From Candidatus Thorarchaeota archaeon (GTDB lineage Archaea > Asgardarchaeota > Thorarchaeia > Thorarchaeales > Thorarchaeaceae): 10,268 nucleotides of DNA. The stretch covers positions 1-10,268 of the forward strand of contig JBHLRQ010000111.1 in NCBI GenBank assembly GCA_048882385.1, in the 5' to 3' direction. Below the pieces are notes generated by a model that worked only from the letters and a program-made list of their open reading frames with translations, did not search any database and was not told where the DNA came from. Below, piece after piece: positions 1 to 8,100 of this stretch. The position numbers and the translations under genes are program-made. The first letter of the stretch is position 1. Each line of letters opens with the position of its first letter.

Positions 1-275
1 GGTACCTTTGCGGTGTGCTGAATCCATTTCCTAAGAGGATCAATAGCGTGACCAAACTCCTCCATGAAGACTTCCAGACGTTTCTCAGAGAGGTAATACT
101 TGTTACCTTTCCGAATGATGGGGGATTTGTTCGGTTGTATTGGAGGAGACATATGCTCGAACTCTTCCGGAAGCCCAAGCTCTTTCCATGTCAGTGCCTT
201 CTCAGGTGTAGTCGCTCCTTTCTCTCTGAAGGTGTCTATCAACCTGCGGAAGGGACTAAGCATGTCAACGTTCAT
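1..275 (-). CDS. 5' part of a probable PadR-family winged-helix transcriptional regulator with an N-terminal extra domain (runs off the left edge)
   Basis: Open minus-strand frame from ATG at 275 to the window edge, with an in-frame stop just upstream (309-311). Translation: MNVDMLSPFRRLIDTFREKGATTPEKALTWKELGLPEEFEHMSPPIQPNKSPIIRKGNKYYLSEKRLEVFMEEFGHAIDPLRKWIQHTAKVP. The final W-x-x-H-T-A-x-V-P resembles, from my recollection of the family, the segment preceding KGFLRY at the start of archaeal PadR domains. The PadR core itself would lie outside the window. Confidence 0.65.
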   Translation of the reverse strand, partial: MNVDMLSPFRRLIDTFREKGATTPEKALTWKELGLPEEFEHMSPPIQPNKSPIIRKGNKYYLSEKRLEVFMEEFGHAIDPLRKWIQHTAKV

Positions 276-315
276 GGTCGAACTAGCCTTTATCTTATTC
301 GAAAAATATCATAAC

Positions 316-349
316 TGATATATCACATGTGATATAATCGTGATATAAA
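316..349. promoter_or_regulatory. Palindromic operator TATATCACATGTGATATA (319-336) with extra TGATATA half-sites, next to a minus-strand TATA-like box
   Basis: Perfect 18-bp inverted repeat at 319-336. TGATATA occurs at 316-322, 330-336 and 341-347. Minus-strand TTTATA at 344-349 would place the transcription start near 320. The site lies in the divergent intergenic region between the regulator and the 438 gene. Confidence 0.7.
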
Positions 350-437
350 GTCTATGAAGGATGAATCAACGTACTAGAATGATTAGATGCCAAACTAAAC
401 ACATAATAGTGTTAACAATAGTTAAAGACTGATTGTG

Positions 438-689
438 ATGTCAAAAGAAAAGTTCGTGAGAAGCAAACCACATGTGAATATCGGACTATTCATTGTGGTG
501 TTGGCAATCTTTGCTATGTTGACATACTATCTACCACAACAAATACCTCCAGGGAGTATTGCATTCCCTGTCGAGAGTGCACTCCGTCCAGAGTTTGGTG
601 TTCTAGTGACTCAGAGTCTACTGAATGGAGTTTTCTATGGTGTTGTAGGAGTAATCGGCTTCCAAGCAATCTCGCGTGCAAGGAATTGA
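438..689 (+). CDS. Small membrane protein (83 aa, 2 predicted TM segments) with an EF-Tu-like N-terminal peptide
   Basis: ATG at 438 (alternative GTG at 435), stop TGA ending at 689. N-terminus MSKEKFVRSKPHVNIG, then hydrophobic LFIVVLAIFAMLTYYL and FGVLVTQSLLNGVFYGVVGVIGFQAI. No GTPase P-loop, so it is not EF-Tu itself. Confidence 0.75.
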   Translation: MSKEKFVRSKPHVNIGLFIVVLAIFAMLTYYLPQQIPPGSIAFPVESALRPEFGVLVTQSLLNGVFYGVVGVIGFQAISRARN

Positions 690-768
690 CAGTATAATTC
701 TGAGGGGGCTAGTTAATAGGCACTCAAAATCATTCACATCGAAGATGATTACAAACGGGGATGACAAT

Positions 769-1767
769 TTGAAATATCGAAATGTTGGAAAGAGTGGACT
801 GAAAGTGAGTGAGATCTCACTGGGTTCTTGGCTGACTTATGGTGGAACTGTTGAGAATGAAATAGCCAAGAAGTGCATGGCTACAGCGCTCGACAATGGT
901 ATTAATTTCATTGACTCAGCAGAAATCTATGCAGGAGGTAAGGCGGAGGAGGTCATAGCACAGTTTCTACGGGATGAAAATGTCAGTAGAAGGAATCTCG
1001 TCATCTCGAGTAAGGTATTCTGGCCTACGAGTGAAGACATCACAGACTGGGGGAATAGTAGAAAGAATGTCATGAATGCAATCGAGGGCACTTTAGAACG
1101 ACTCGACCTAGACTACATCGACATCTACTTCCTGCATAGGTATGACTACACGACACCTGTAAAGGAAACTGTCATGGCTATGGATGATCTCATCAGAGAA
1201 GGGAAAGTGCGCTACTGGGGGACCTCGGCTTGGACAGCTGCACAACTAGAACGAGCAAATGCTGTCGCAAAGGAGTTGGGAGCTCACAGGCCTATAGTAG
1301 AGCAACCACTCTACAATATGTTTTCTAGGTTCATAGAACTTGAGATAATGTCTGTGGCCAAGACTCATGGAATGGGTCTAACGGTCTTTAGCCCTCTTGC
1401 ACAAGGACTGCTTACTGGGAAATACAATGACGGAGTGCCTCAGGGAAGTCGAGGAGCAACGTCCTCGATAATGAACAGATACCTCATTGAGGAAAACCTT
1501 ACCAAAGTCAGAAAACTTGGTGAGATAGCATCATCATTGGACATCACCACGGGGCAATTGTCACTAGCATGGGTACTCAGACGTCCAGAGGTTTCAGCCG
1601 CACTAGTTGGTGCAACCAAACCTGAACATGTCCTTGAGAATGTTCAGGCTTCAGATGTTTATCTCTCAAAAGACATTATCGAGCAAATCGATGGAGTATT
1701 GGACAATGTTCCAGAATGGCCAGCACCATATAGACCCAACATCTATCACAAAGACAAGATGAAGTGA
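769..1767 (+). CDS. Aldo/keto reductase, Kv-beta (AKR6)-like / YajO-type, NADPH-dependent
   Basis: Canonical N-terminus MKYRNVGKSGLKVSEISLGSW from TTG at 769, preceded by GGGGATG. Catalytic tetrad D (IDSAEIY), Y, K (ISSK) and H (FLHRYD) is present, as is the NADPH-binding SPLAQGLLTGKY motif. The track's start at 676 adds a non-homologous extension overlapping the upstream gene. Confidence 0.93.
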   Translation: MKYRNVGKSGLKVSEISLGSWLTYGGTVENEIAKKCMATALDNGINFIDSAEIYAGGKAEEVIAQFLRDENVSRRNLVISSKVFWPTSEDITDWGNSRKNVMNAIEGTLERLDLDYIDIYFLHRYDYTTPVKETVMAMDDLIREGKVRYWGTSAWTAAQLERANAVAKELGAHRPIVEQPLYNMFSRFIELEIMSVAKTHGMGLTVFSPLAQGLLTGKYNDGVPQGSRGATSSIMNRYLIEENLTKVRKLGEIASSLDITTGQLSLAWVLRRPEVSAALVGATKPEHVLENVQASDVYLSKDIIEQIDGVLDNVPEWPAPYRPNIYHKDKMK

Positions 1768-1850
1768 ATTAAGAAACAATGGTGGAGAGTGTGGTGCTGT
1801 ACCCAAGAAGTAATCAATGTATATTCTAGCATTTTCGTCAGTGATAGATT

Positions 1851-2306
1851 GTGAGTATTATTGACGATATCAAGAGTTGGTTGTGGATACCAGTTTTCTG
1901 GGTCGTTTTGTACACTTTGTTTCTTTTGATTGGAATTAGTGTAGGAAATGAGTTTGGTCCGATTTTCTACTGGACAGTTATCTTAATTGGAGTGCCTCTC
2001 ACAATTGCTCCAATCACTTACAAGAATCTCGTTGGTGGAGGTTGTAACCTCAAGTATCAAATCTGTTCATTGGTAAAAGGCATGTTTGCTGGTTTCGTTT
2101 TCATGTCACTCACGATGATTGCAGACTCTCTGGTATGGTCAAGCTTCTCAGCAACAATTGGATGGAATCCAGTGACTCTCAGCATATCTGAAGCGATGTA
2201 TTATGTATGGTTCTTCAGTGGTATCCTCGGCGGGTTTGGAGCAAGGATCGTCGAAGTCAGAGGGTATCAACCCCATAATGAGATTACTATTGCGGGGTTC
2301 GAATAA
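1851..2306 (+). CDS. Hypothetical integral membrane protein (about 4 TM helices)
   Basis: 151-aa ORF with GTG start and four long hydrophobic Trp/Gly-rich stretches. It fills the gap between co-oriented genes. No family recognised. Confidence 0.75.
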   Translation: MSIIDDIKSWLWIPVFWVVLYTLFLLIGISVGNEFGPIFYWTVILIGVPLTIAPITYKNLVGGGCNLKYQICSLVKGMFAGFVFMSLTMIADSLVWSSFSATIGWNPVTLSISEAMYYVWFFSGILGGFGARIVEVRGYQPHNEITIAGFE

Positions 2307-2371
2307 CGACTAGCGCTAAAAGGATACGATAAAAGGGGGCATCCCTTCCTGATTGGTTGAGGAGTTATTTG

Positions 2372-3550
2372 ATGGTAAGCGTGACACCTGAGCAATTACA
2401 ATGGAATCAACTAAGGAAGCAGTTTCTCTTGGACGAAAAACCAGAAACTTTCTATGAAGTTGTAAAAGCGCAACTTGGCCTTCATTCAACAGATTATTGG
2501 ACACCCTATCTGTCAGTCTGGTCACGTATCGGAGATTTCGACGCTAAGAGGATGTTTGAATCCCTTGAAAATGGGATAGAGATTGTCAGAACCCATGCAT
2601 TTAGGACAACAGTACATGTAATGCACATCGACAATCTATCTATGATAATTAGCGCAACAGGACCCCCTTTATTCAGATCTTTTCGAAATGACAGGTATAG
2701 AAAGATGGACCAACTAAAGGACACTGAGATTGAGGATATGCTCAAACAGGTCAGGTCCGCGTTGAAGAAAGGTCCGCTCAAAACCTCAGAACTGAAAAAA
2801 GCAGCGCCAAAGGTGGGAGACAATGTTCGTTCAGCCTTAATTCTGCTAATGGCTAAGGGTGAAGTGGTTCGAGCAAAAGCTAAGCATGCACGCAGTAACC
2901 TCACATCATATGCATTGCTTGAAGATTGGGTTGACGGATTTAATTTGAAGATTATTGACGAGCAAGAGGCAACGAATAATCTGATTAAAAGTCACATCGA
3001 TTTATTCGGCCCTGTATCAATAGAAGATACAGCATGGTGGTTCAAACAGACGAAAACAACAGTGAAGAATGCCATTCAGGATTTTGGAAACCATGTTGTT
3101 GGTGTTGAGGTTGATGGTTCAGAGAAATTCATGACAATCGATGATCTTGAAGTTGCGTCTTCACTGGATCCTCCATCTGACAAACCAGTCTTGTTTCTTC
3201 CTTATGAAGACCATTTCTTGAAGGCATTCATAGAAAGAAAACGGTTCATATCTGAGGACATTCAACCTATGATTTCTCCGGCTGATCGAAGACACTTCTG
3301 GCCATCAAAGCCTGATGAACCAAGAGTCATGCCCAGTCCAGGGGTCAGACAAACAGGCGAAGTCAGACCTACAATCTGGCTTGATGGTGTAGTTATTGGC
3401 AGGTGGGAGATTGACGATGACGACAAACAGAAGAAGATTGTCACAAGTCTATATTCGAAAGTCCCGAAAAACCAACTAGAAAGGATTGAGGAAAAAAGAT
3501 TGGATCTTGAGGATTTTGTAAATTCAGCTCTGGTCCCAATATCAGGTTAA
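2372..3550 (+). CDS. AlkZ/YcaQ-like (HTH_42) winged-helix DNA glycosylase family protein, putative crosslink/alkylation repair
   Basis: GAGGAG RBS at 2359-2364 before ATG 2372. Family-type motifs: GLHSTDYWTPYLSVWSRI, IVRTHAFRTTVHVM, FGPVSIEDTAWW, LFLPYEDHFL and RPTIWLDGVVIGRW. Length about 392 aa fits the family. Confidence 0.85.
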   Translation: MVSVTPEQLQWNQLRKQFLLDEKPETFYEVVKAQLGLHSTDYWTPYLSVWSRIGDFDAKRMFESLENGIEIVRTHAFRTTVHVMHIDNLSMIISATGPPLFRSFRNDRYRKMDQLKDTEIEDMLKQVRSALKKGPLKTSELKKAAPKVGDNVRSALILLMAKGEVVRAKAKHARSNLTSYALLEDWVDGFNLKIIDEQEATNNLIKSHIDLFGPVSIEDTAWWFKQTKTTVKNAIQDFGNHVVGVEVDGSEKFMTIDDLEVASSLDPPSDKPVLFLPYEDHFLKAFIERKRFISEDIQPMISPADRRHFWPSKPDEPRVMPSPGVRQTGEVRPTIWLDGVVIGRWEIDDDDKQKKIVTSLYSKVPKNQLERIEEKRLDLEDFVNSALVPISG

Positions 3551-3607
3551 ACTTGAAATTTGGGCGGTAATAATGTATTATATTCAATCATAGAAATCAT
3601 AGAGACG

Positions 3608-3615
3608 TATAAATA
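3608..3615 (+). promoter_or_regulatory. Putative archaeal TATA box (TATAAATA) for the 3661 gene
   Basis: TATAAATA preceded by a purine-rich AGAGAC segment, about 45 nt upstream of ATG 3661 in an AT-rich intergenic region. Confidence 0.45.
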
Positions 3616-3660
3616 GAAACATTCCAATGAATCATAACCAATCTTCCGGAGTTAACGAGA

Positions 3661-3873
3661 ATGGGAAAGGGTTTAGCCTTATTCGGACTAATACTGATCA
3701 TAGTAGGGATTCTCCCGCTATTTATGCCGATGATCGGCCTTGGTCAGTTCGTGGATTACTTTTACATGCTTAACATCTACACATTGACTCTAGCAGGATA
3801 TGACTTCTCAGAGCTAATGCTAATCCTCTTAGGATTAGGTGTTATACTCCTTATAGTGGGAGCAGTCAGGTAA
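3661..3873 (+). CDS. Small hypothetical membrane protein (70 aa, 2 TM hairpin)
   Basis: ATG start and two strongly hydrophobic helices (LALFGLILIIVGILPLF; LMLILLGLGVILLIVGAV). It has its own TATA-like box and a downstream hairpin. Confidence 0.75.
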   Translation: MGKGLALFGLILIIVGILPLFMPMIGLGQFVDYFYMLNIYTLTLAGYDFSELMLILLGLGVILLIVGAVR

Positions 3874-3901
3874 TTCATTAATTCTGCAAAAAGACATCCA
3901 A

Positions 3902-3934
3902 GGGGAGAGAGACATCTCCCCCTCTACTTATTTT
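3902..3934. terminator. Putative terminator hairpin between convergent genes
   Basis: GGGGAGA (3902-3908), loop GAGACA, TCTCCCC (3915-3921), followed by TACTTATTTT. An A-run upstream would give a T-run on the minus strand. It sits between the convergent 3661-3873 and mscL genes. Confidence 0.45.
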
Positions 3935-3947
3935 GCTATATCATGCA

Positions 3948-4307
3948 TTACTCGATTCCTATTCGAGATGCAATCTTTACGATTAGAAAGACTACAAATG
4001 CCACAATTATGAATGTGATCAGACTGTCCATAATTGGGCCCCCCGATAAGACATAAGTATCGCCTGTAGGGTCAATTGGCGAATATACTATCTTTACAAT
4101 TGGCATAATGAGACTGTTCACAAGAGCCTGCACAACTTGACCAATATAGATGCCCAAGATGAATGCAACTGCAAGTCCGAGTACCTTGTATTTCGAGATA
4201 AACGCAACGAACTCATTAACCAAGCCTTTTGGCGGCTCTGGCTTTGGAGGCGGTGTCAACAGTTTTCGTATTTCTCTAAGCTCTTCTAACATAGCATCGT
4301 TTGACAT
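3948..4307 (-). CDS. mscL: Large-conductance mechanosensitive channel (MscL family) protein
   Basis: S1 amphipathic helix LVNEFVAFI, TM1 VLGLAVAFILGIYIGQVVQALVNSLIMPIV and TM2 SLITFIIVAFVVFLIVK match the MscL pattern. RBS GGGGTGA on the minus strand at 4312-4318. Confidence 0.88.
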   Translation of the reverse strand: MSNDAMLEELREIRKLLTPPPKPEPPKGLVNEFVAFISKYKVLGLAVAFILGIYIGQVVQALVNSLIMPIVKIVYSPIDPTGDTYVLSGGPIMDSLITFIIVAFVVFLIVKIASRIGIE

Positions 4308-4409
4308 ACTGTCACCCCTTTTGATGTGCCAAGTGAGGTGGTAAATCTTTGATTTGACTCTTTCCCAGCGTGGCTTAGATTCATATCTTCGTGTGCAGAA
4401 TATGAGTCA

Positions 4410-5003
4410 ATGAGTTTCTGGTTCCTAATCTCTGTAATAGGCATAATTGCTGTCGTTCCAATACACTTTGTATCAGTTGAACATGACAGGCTGGATAGCA
4501 GATTTGGAGTAGAAAAGGGCTACAAGGTCGGAGCGGCTCTTGGGATGATCTCAGGATGGGGGTTCTTCCTTTTTCTCTTTGGACTTTGGATTTCTCCTCA
4601 GGAGCGCTTCTCACTTGATTTCTCAGGAATCAATCTCCTTGGTGTGCCGATATTTCATCTGCTTTTGGCGTTTGGTCTTCTTCTCCCAGGAGCATATTTG
4701 GGAATTAAAGGAGTGACAGAGATGGGGCTAAAGACTGCAGAAACACATAGAGCTGAGAGTGTGATTTCATCAGGAGTCTACGCCAGAGTGAGGCATCCTC
4801 AATATCTGGGGGCATTTCTATCTCATATAGGTGCAACATTCCTTCTTTCAGGATACTACTCCCTTCTTGTTTCACCCGTTGTATTGATTGTCAACTACAT
4901 CCTATGTTGGAAAGAAGAACGAGAACTAATCAGAGAGTTCGGGCAGGAGTATCAGAGTTATCGAGAGAGTGTTCCGATGTTGATTCCCAAGATTGGAGCA
5001 TAG
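4410..5003 (+). CDS. Isoprenylcysteine carboxyl methyltransferase / PEMT (STE14-like) family membrane methyltransferase
   Basis: Multiple TM helices plus hallmark C-terminal motifs SSGVYARVRHPQYLG and KEERELIREFGQEYQSYRESVPMLIPK. Confidence 0.88.
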   Translation: MSFWFLISVIGIIAVVPIHFVSVEHDRLDSRFGVEKGYKVGAALGMISGWGFFLFLFGLWISPQERFSLDFSGINLLGVPIFHLLLAFGLLLPGAYLGIKGVTEMGLKTAETHRAESVISSGVYARVRHPQYLGAFLSHIGATFLLSGYYSLLVSPVVLIVNYILCWKEERELIREFGQEYQSYRESVPMLIPKIGA

Positions 5004-5187
5004 GTTGGCTTAATGAAATTCGGTTATTTTAGAGAGTTATTCAGTGTTCCATTCAATTAATCGAATGCAGGCCAAACAAGGAACAATAATAACCTAATAA
5101 AATGAGTCTACTGAGTTGAGTGGGCTACCCATATCTGCAGACTAAGAATCTGGGTAATCAACAATCTTGAGGCTTGAGGTAACCAAG

Positions 5188-8100
5188 ATGCGTAGCAAGC
5201 AATATTCAATCATAGCTCTACTTGTATGTCTATTATTTATGGGGCTACTGACATCTTTTGACTCTAGTATTGTTCATGAGATCACGGATGACAAAGATGA
5301 AGGCCCATTGTATCAGAATATTAACGAGGTCAACAAGAGAGGCTTCACTATTTCGCAGACTACGCAGGAGGGGTTAATCAATCCAGTCCAAATTAAAGAG
5401 AGTGCTTTCCGAACAACAGATGCTGCGAAGGCTCGGACTGATACTGGCGCAAACACAGGTCAGAACATCACAATTGATGAGGGCAATAATTGGTTTGCCA
5501 ACTATACAAGTATAGAAGTTTCGAGTATCAAGCAGCTTTACGGAGTCAATGGTACATTCGAAGATGGAGTAGATCCATGGACGAATTATACGATAAGTTA
5601 TGGATCGAACACACAGATACCTGGTTATGACTCGAGCGGGGAGTATATCACATGTAGGAATGTAGGGGATTACAGAAAAATTGGACCCAACCATGTTTGG
5701 GACCATGATGCAGGTTCAGAGGTCGGATTTGAGCAGGCTGTGTATAATACAGGGGGAGAACAGGTTTTTGATTTGAGGTTTGATTTTCGTTATGCTACTG
5801 GACCTATTGATCCAGAAGGAGATAATGCCTTGCCAGGAGTGGTGGGTGTATTCTATCAAATCAATGATGAAGGGGGGTCGTTATATGAGGGGTATTATTA
5901 TCCAATGGATGCGTATGTTGATTCGAGAGATGCATGGTTATCAATAGAGGATTCTTTCACAATTCCTTCACCATGGAGTGAGTTTTCCTTCGCTGTAGGT
6001 TTGTATCTTGCGGGAGGTATTACTATAAACAATGCCACAGATTACGATGACGACCCACTTGGAGAGCCTGATGGCACAGTAAATGCTGAAAATCTAACTG
6101 TCTATATCGACAACGTTGAGTTTACTGGTAGGACAACACCTACTTTTGATAGTGTAGACCTTACCTTTCACGCGGGTGTTTTTTCAGAAGCAGTCACAGG
6201 GAGTGGAGTGGGTACCGCATCGATTTCAAATCCTAGTTTCTGGACTGTTGATCCTCTAGAGGTCCAAATCACATCGAATACAAGTGTAATCTTTACCTAT
6301 TCGATTACCTCACTATTTCATCGTTACATTAATTCATCTTGGACAACAGATCTAAGCAAGGCTGGAGTCACATATTCAATTACCTCAGGACTGAGTTCAG
6401 ACCTGACCTTCTATACCTACATCACCGAGCCAGGGGGATATTATAATGCAACATTTGACATCGTCCATCCTCAAGATTGGGAGAACACGACGGTTTGGGA
6501 TCCTCTGGCCAACGATATCACGAGTTCATGTTCCATATCTCTCGGACAGATTCATATACCAACAAGTGAACTGAGTCGAAGTGGATGGTGGGAGATCAAC
6601 CTCAACAGTCTAAACTATGCTAAGAACATCTCTGTCCAAGTATATGATCAGAGCACCACTGATTGGTCGGAGAATTCGCTGTTCCGACCTGGTAACGTAA
6701 CTCGTGTCCAGGCAGAGATAGGAACTCCCAGCGTGACTCCTATAGGAGGAGATCCTGTGAATGTAACATGGATTAAACCCAATGAAGATCAGTGGGCAAT
6801 GGACTCAATCACTACTATGGTTGGAGGCGCTGTTACCAGCTCTTTATGGTCATTTGGGAATACAAACACTTCTGCTGGTGAGTGGTCTCTTGAAGTCTTA
6901 TGGACCAATGGAACTGAGATTGCCTTTGGATTGGTGACATTCGACCTCTACCACACAGCATCAATAGTTGCTACTTATCCAAACATCGAAACAGACTATG
7001 GTCTGATAATCTCAAATCTGATCACTTACAAAGATGCAGATACAAACGAGTACCTCTTAGACGACAGTGTCACCATCGAGGCTAACTGGTCAAGCACAGT
7101 TGTTTCATTTACGCAAAATTATGCGAAGAACTGGTGGGAGGCTGACTTTGACACCTTATTGCTTGGAGGGGGACAGTTTGTTGTTGTAGTTACTGCATCA
7201 AGACCGTATTTTGACTCAGTGTCCACAGAATTTACTGTAATATCATACTACGAATCAGCTCTACAAATAGTAAACACACCGTCACCGATTGAGAGGGGGC
7301 TCAATGAAGTCTTCACTGCGCAAATCGACTATGAGTTTCTCAATGGCACAGGCATTTCTGGAGCTCTGCCAATCATCACATTCTCAGGGCCAGTAGGAGG
7401 ACTCTCATGGAACTCATTTGTGGACAACAACAATGGTCACTATTCAGTGAACATTGTTTGTGATATTGCAGCAACCTACGAGGTCACAATCACTCTGTCA
7501 AAACCATACCATTACAATGCCTCAGACTCTTTTGTGCTAATAATTAGTGAAACTGGTACTGAACTGGAATCACTGAATGGCACCGCGGATGTTGTCAGTT
7601 TTGGAGATAGCTACAGACTTGTTGTTGAGTATAGAAACAGCACTGGACAAGGTCTGTCTGGAGCAGATTTGGAGATTGTATCAATCACTCCTTCGACAGG
7701 GTTGATCAATGGAAGCTTCAGTCCAATAACGGGAGGCCTCTATGAAATCACTCTGACACCTACAGCAACTGGCACTTACTCGATAGTAATTCGCGCGAGT
7801 CTCTTCAATCATGAAACTCAGTATATCACATTCACTCTTACAGGGGTGGTCATCCCCACAATTCTGACTTCCATGCCATCGAGTGCAACTGTCGCGGTGA
7901 ATGAGAGTTTCATCCTACAACTGCTGTTCCAAGATGAGGACCTTAGCCCAGTAGACGTGGCTAACATCACTGTTCTCAGTCCACCGAGTGGAATTACGAT
8001 TTCGGATGCAACATGGGTTGGAGGTGGTCTGTACAACATATCGATGCAGTCGTCAAGCATTGATGTATACAATCTACTCTTCAGAGCCTCTGCAGATAAC

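Noticed and set aside
15-318. Plus-strand ORFs 15..314 and 100..318
   Set aside because: They are shadows of the more protein-like minus-strand gene (<1..275), which has a plausible promoter and operator.
405-426. Short AATAGT(G)TTAA direct repeat and TGTTAACA palindrome upstream of the 438 gene
   Set aside because: Too short and AT-rich to distinguish from chance or an ordinary core promoter.
435-689. Annotating this ORF as tuf/EF-Tu or a tuf pseudogene
   Set aside because: Similarity ends after 16 residues and no GHVDHGKT P-loop follows. The rest is an intact membrane-protein ORF.
676-768. N-terminal extension of the AKR given in the ORF track
   Set aside because: It overlaps the upstream gene and is not AKR-like. 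TTG at 769 has an RBS and gives the canonical MKYR start.
2316-3444. Minus-strand ORFs 2316..2525, 2506..2904 and 3262..3444
   Set aside because: They are antisense to the well-supported AlkZ-like gene and have no recognisable motifs.
4150-4614. ORFs 4150..4344 (+) and 4381..4614 (-)
   Set aside because: They are antisense shadows of mscL and the ICMT-family gene.
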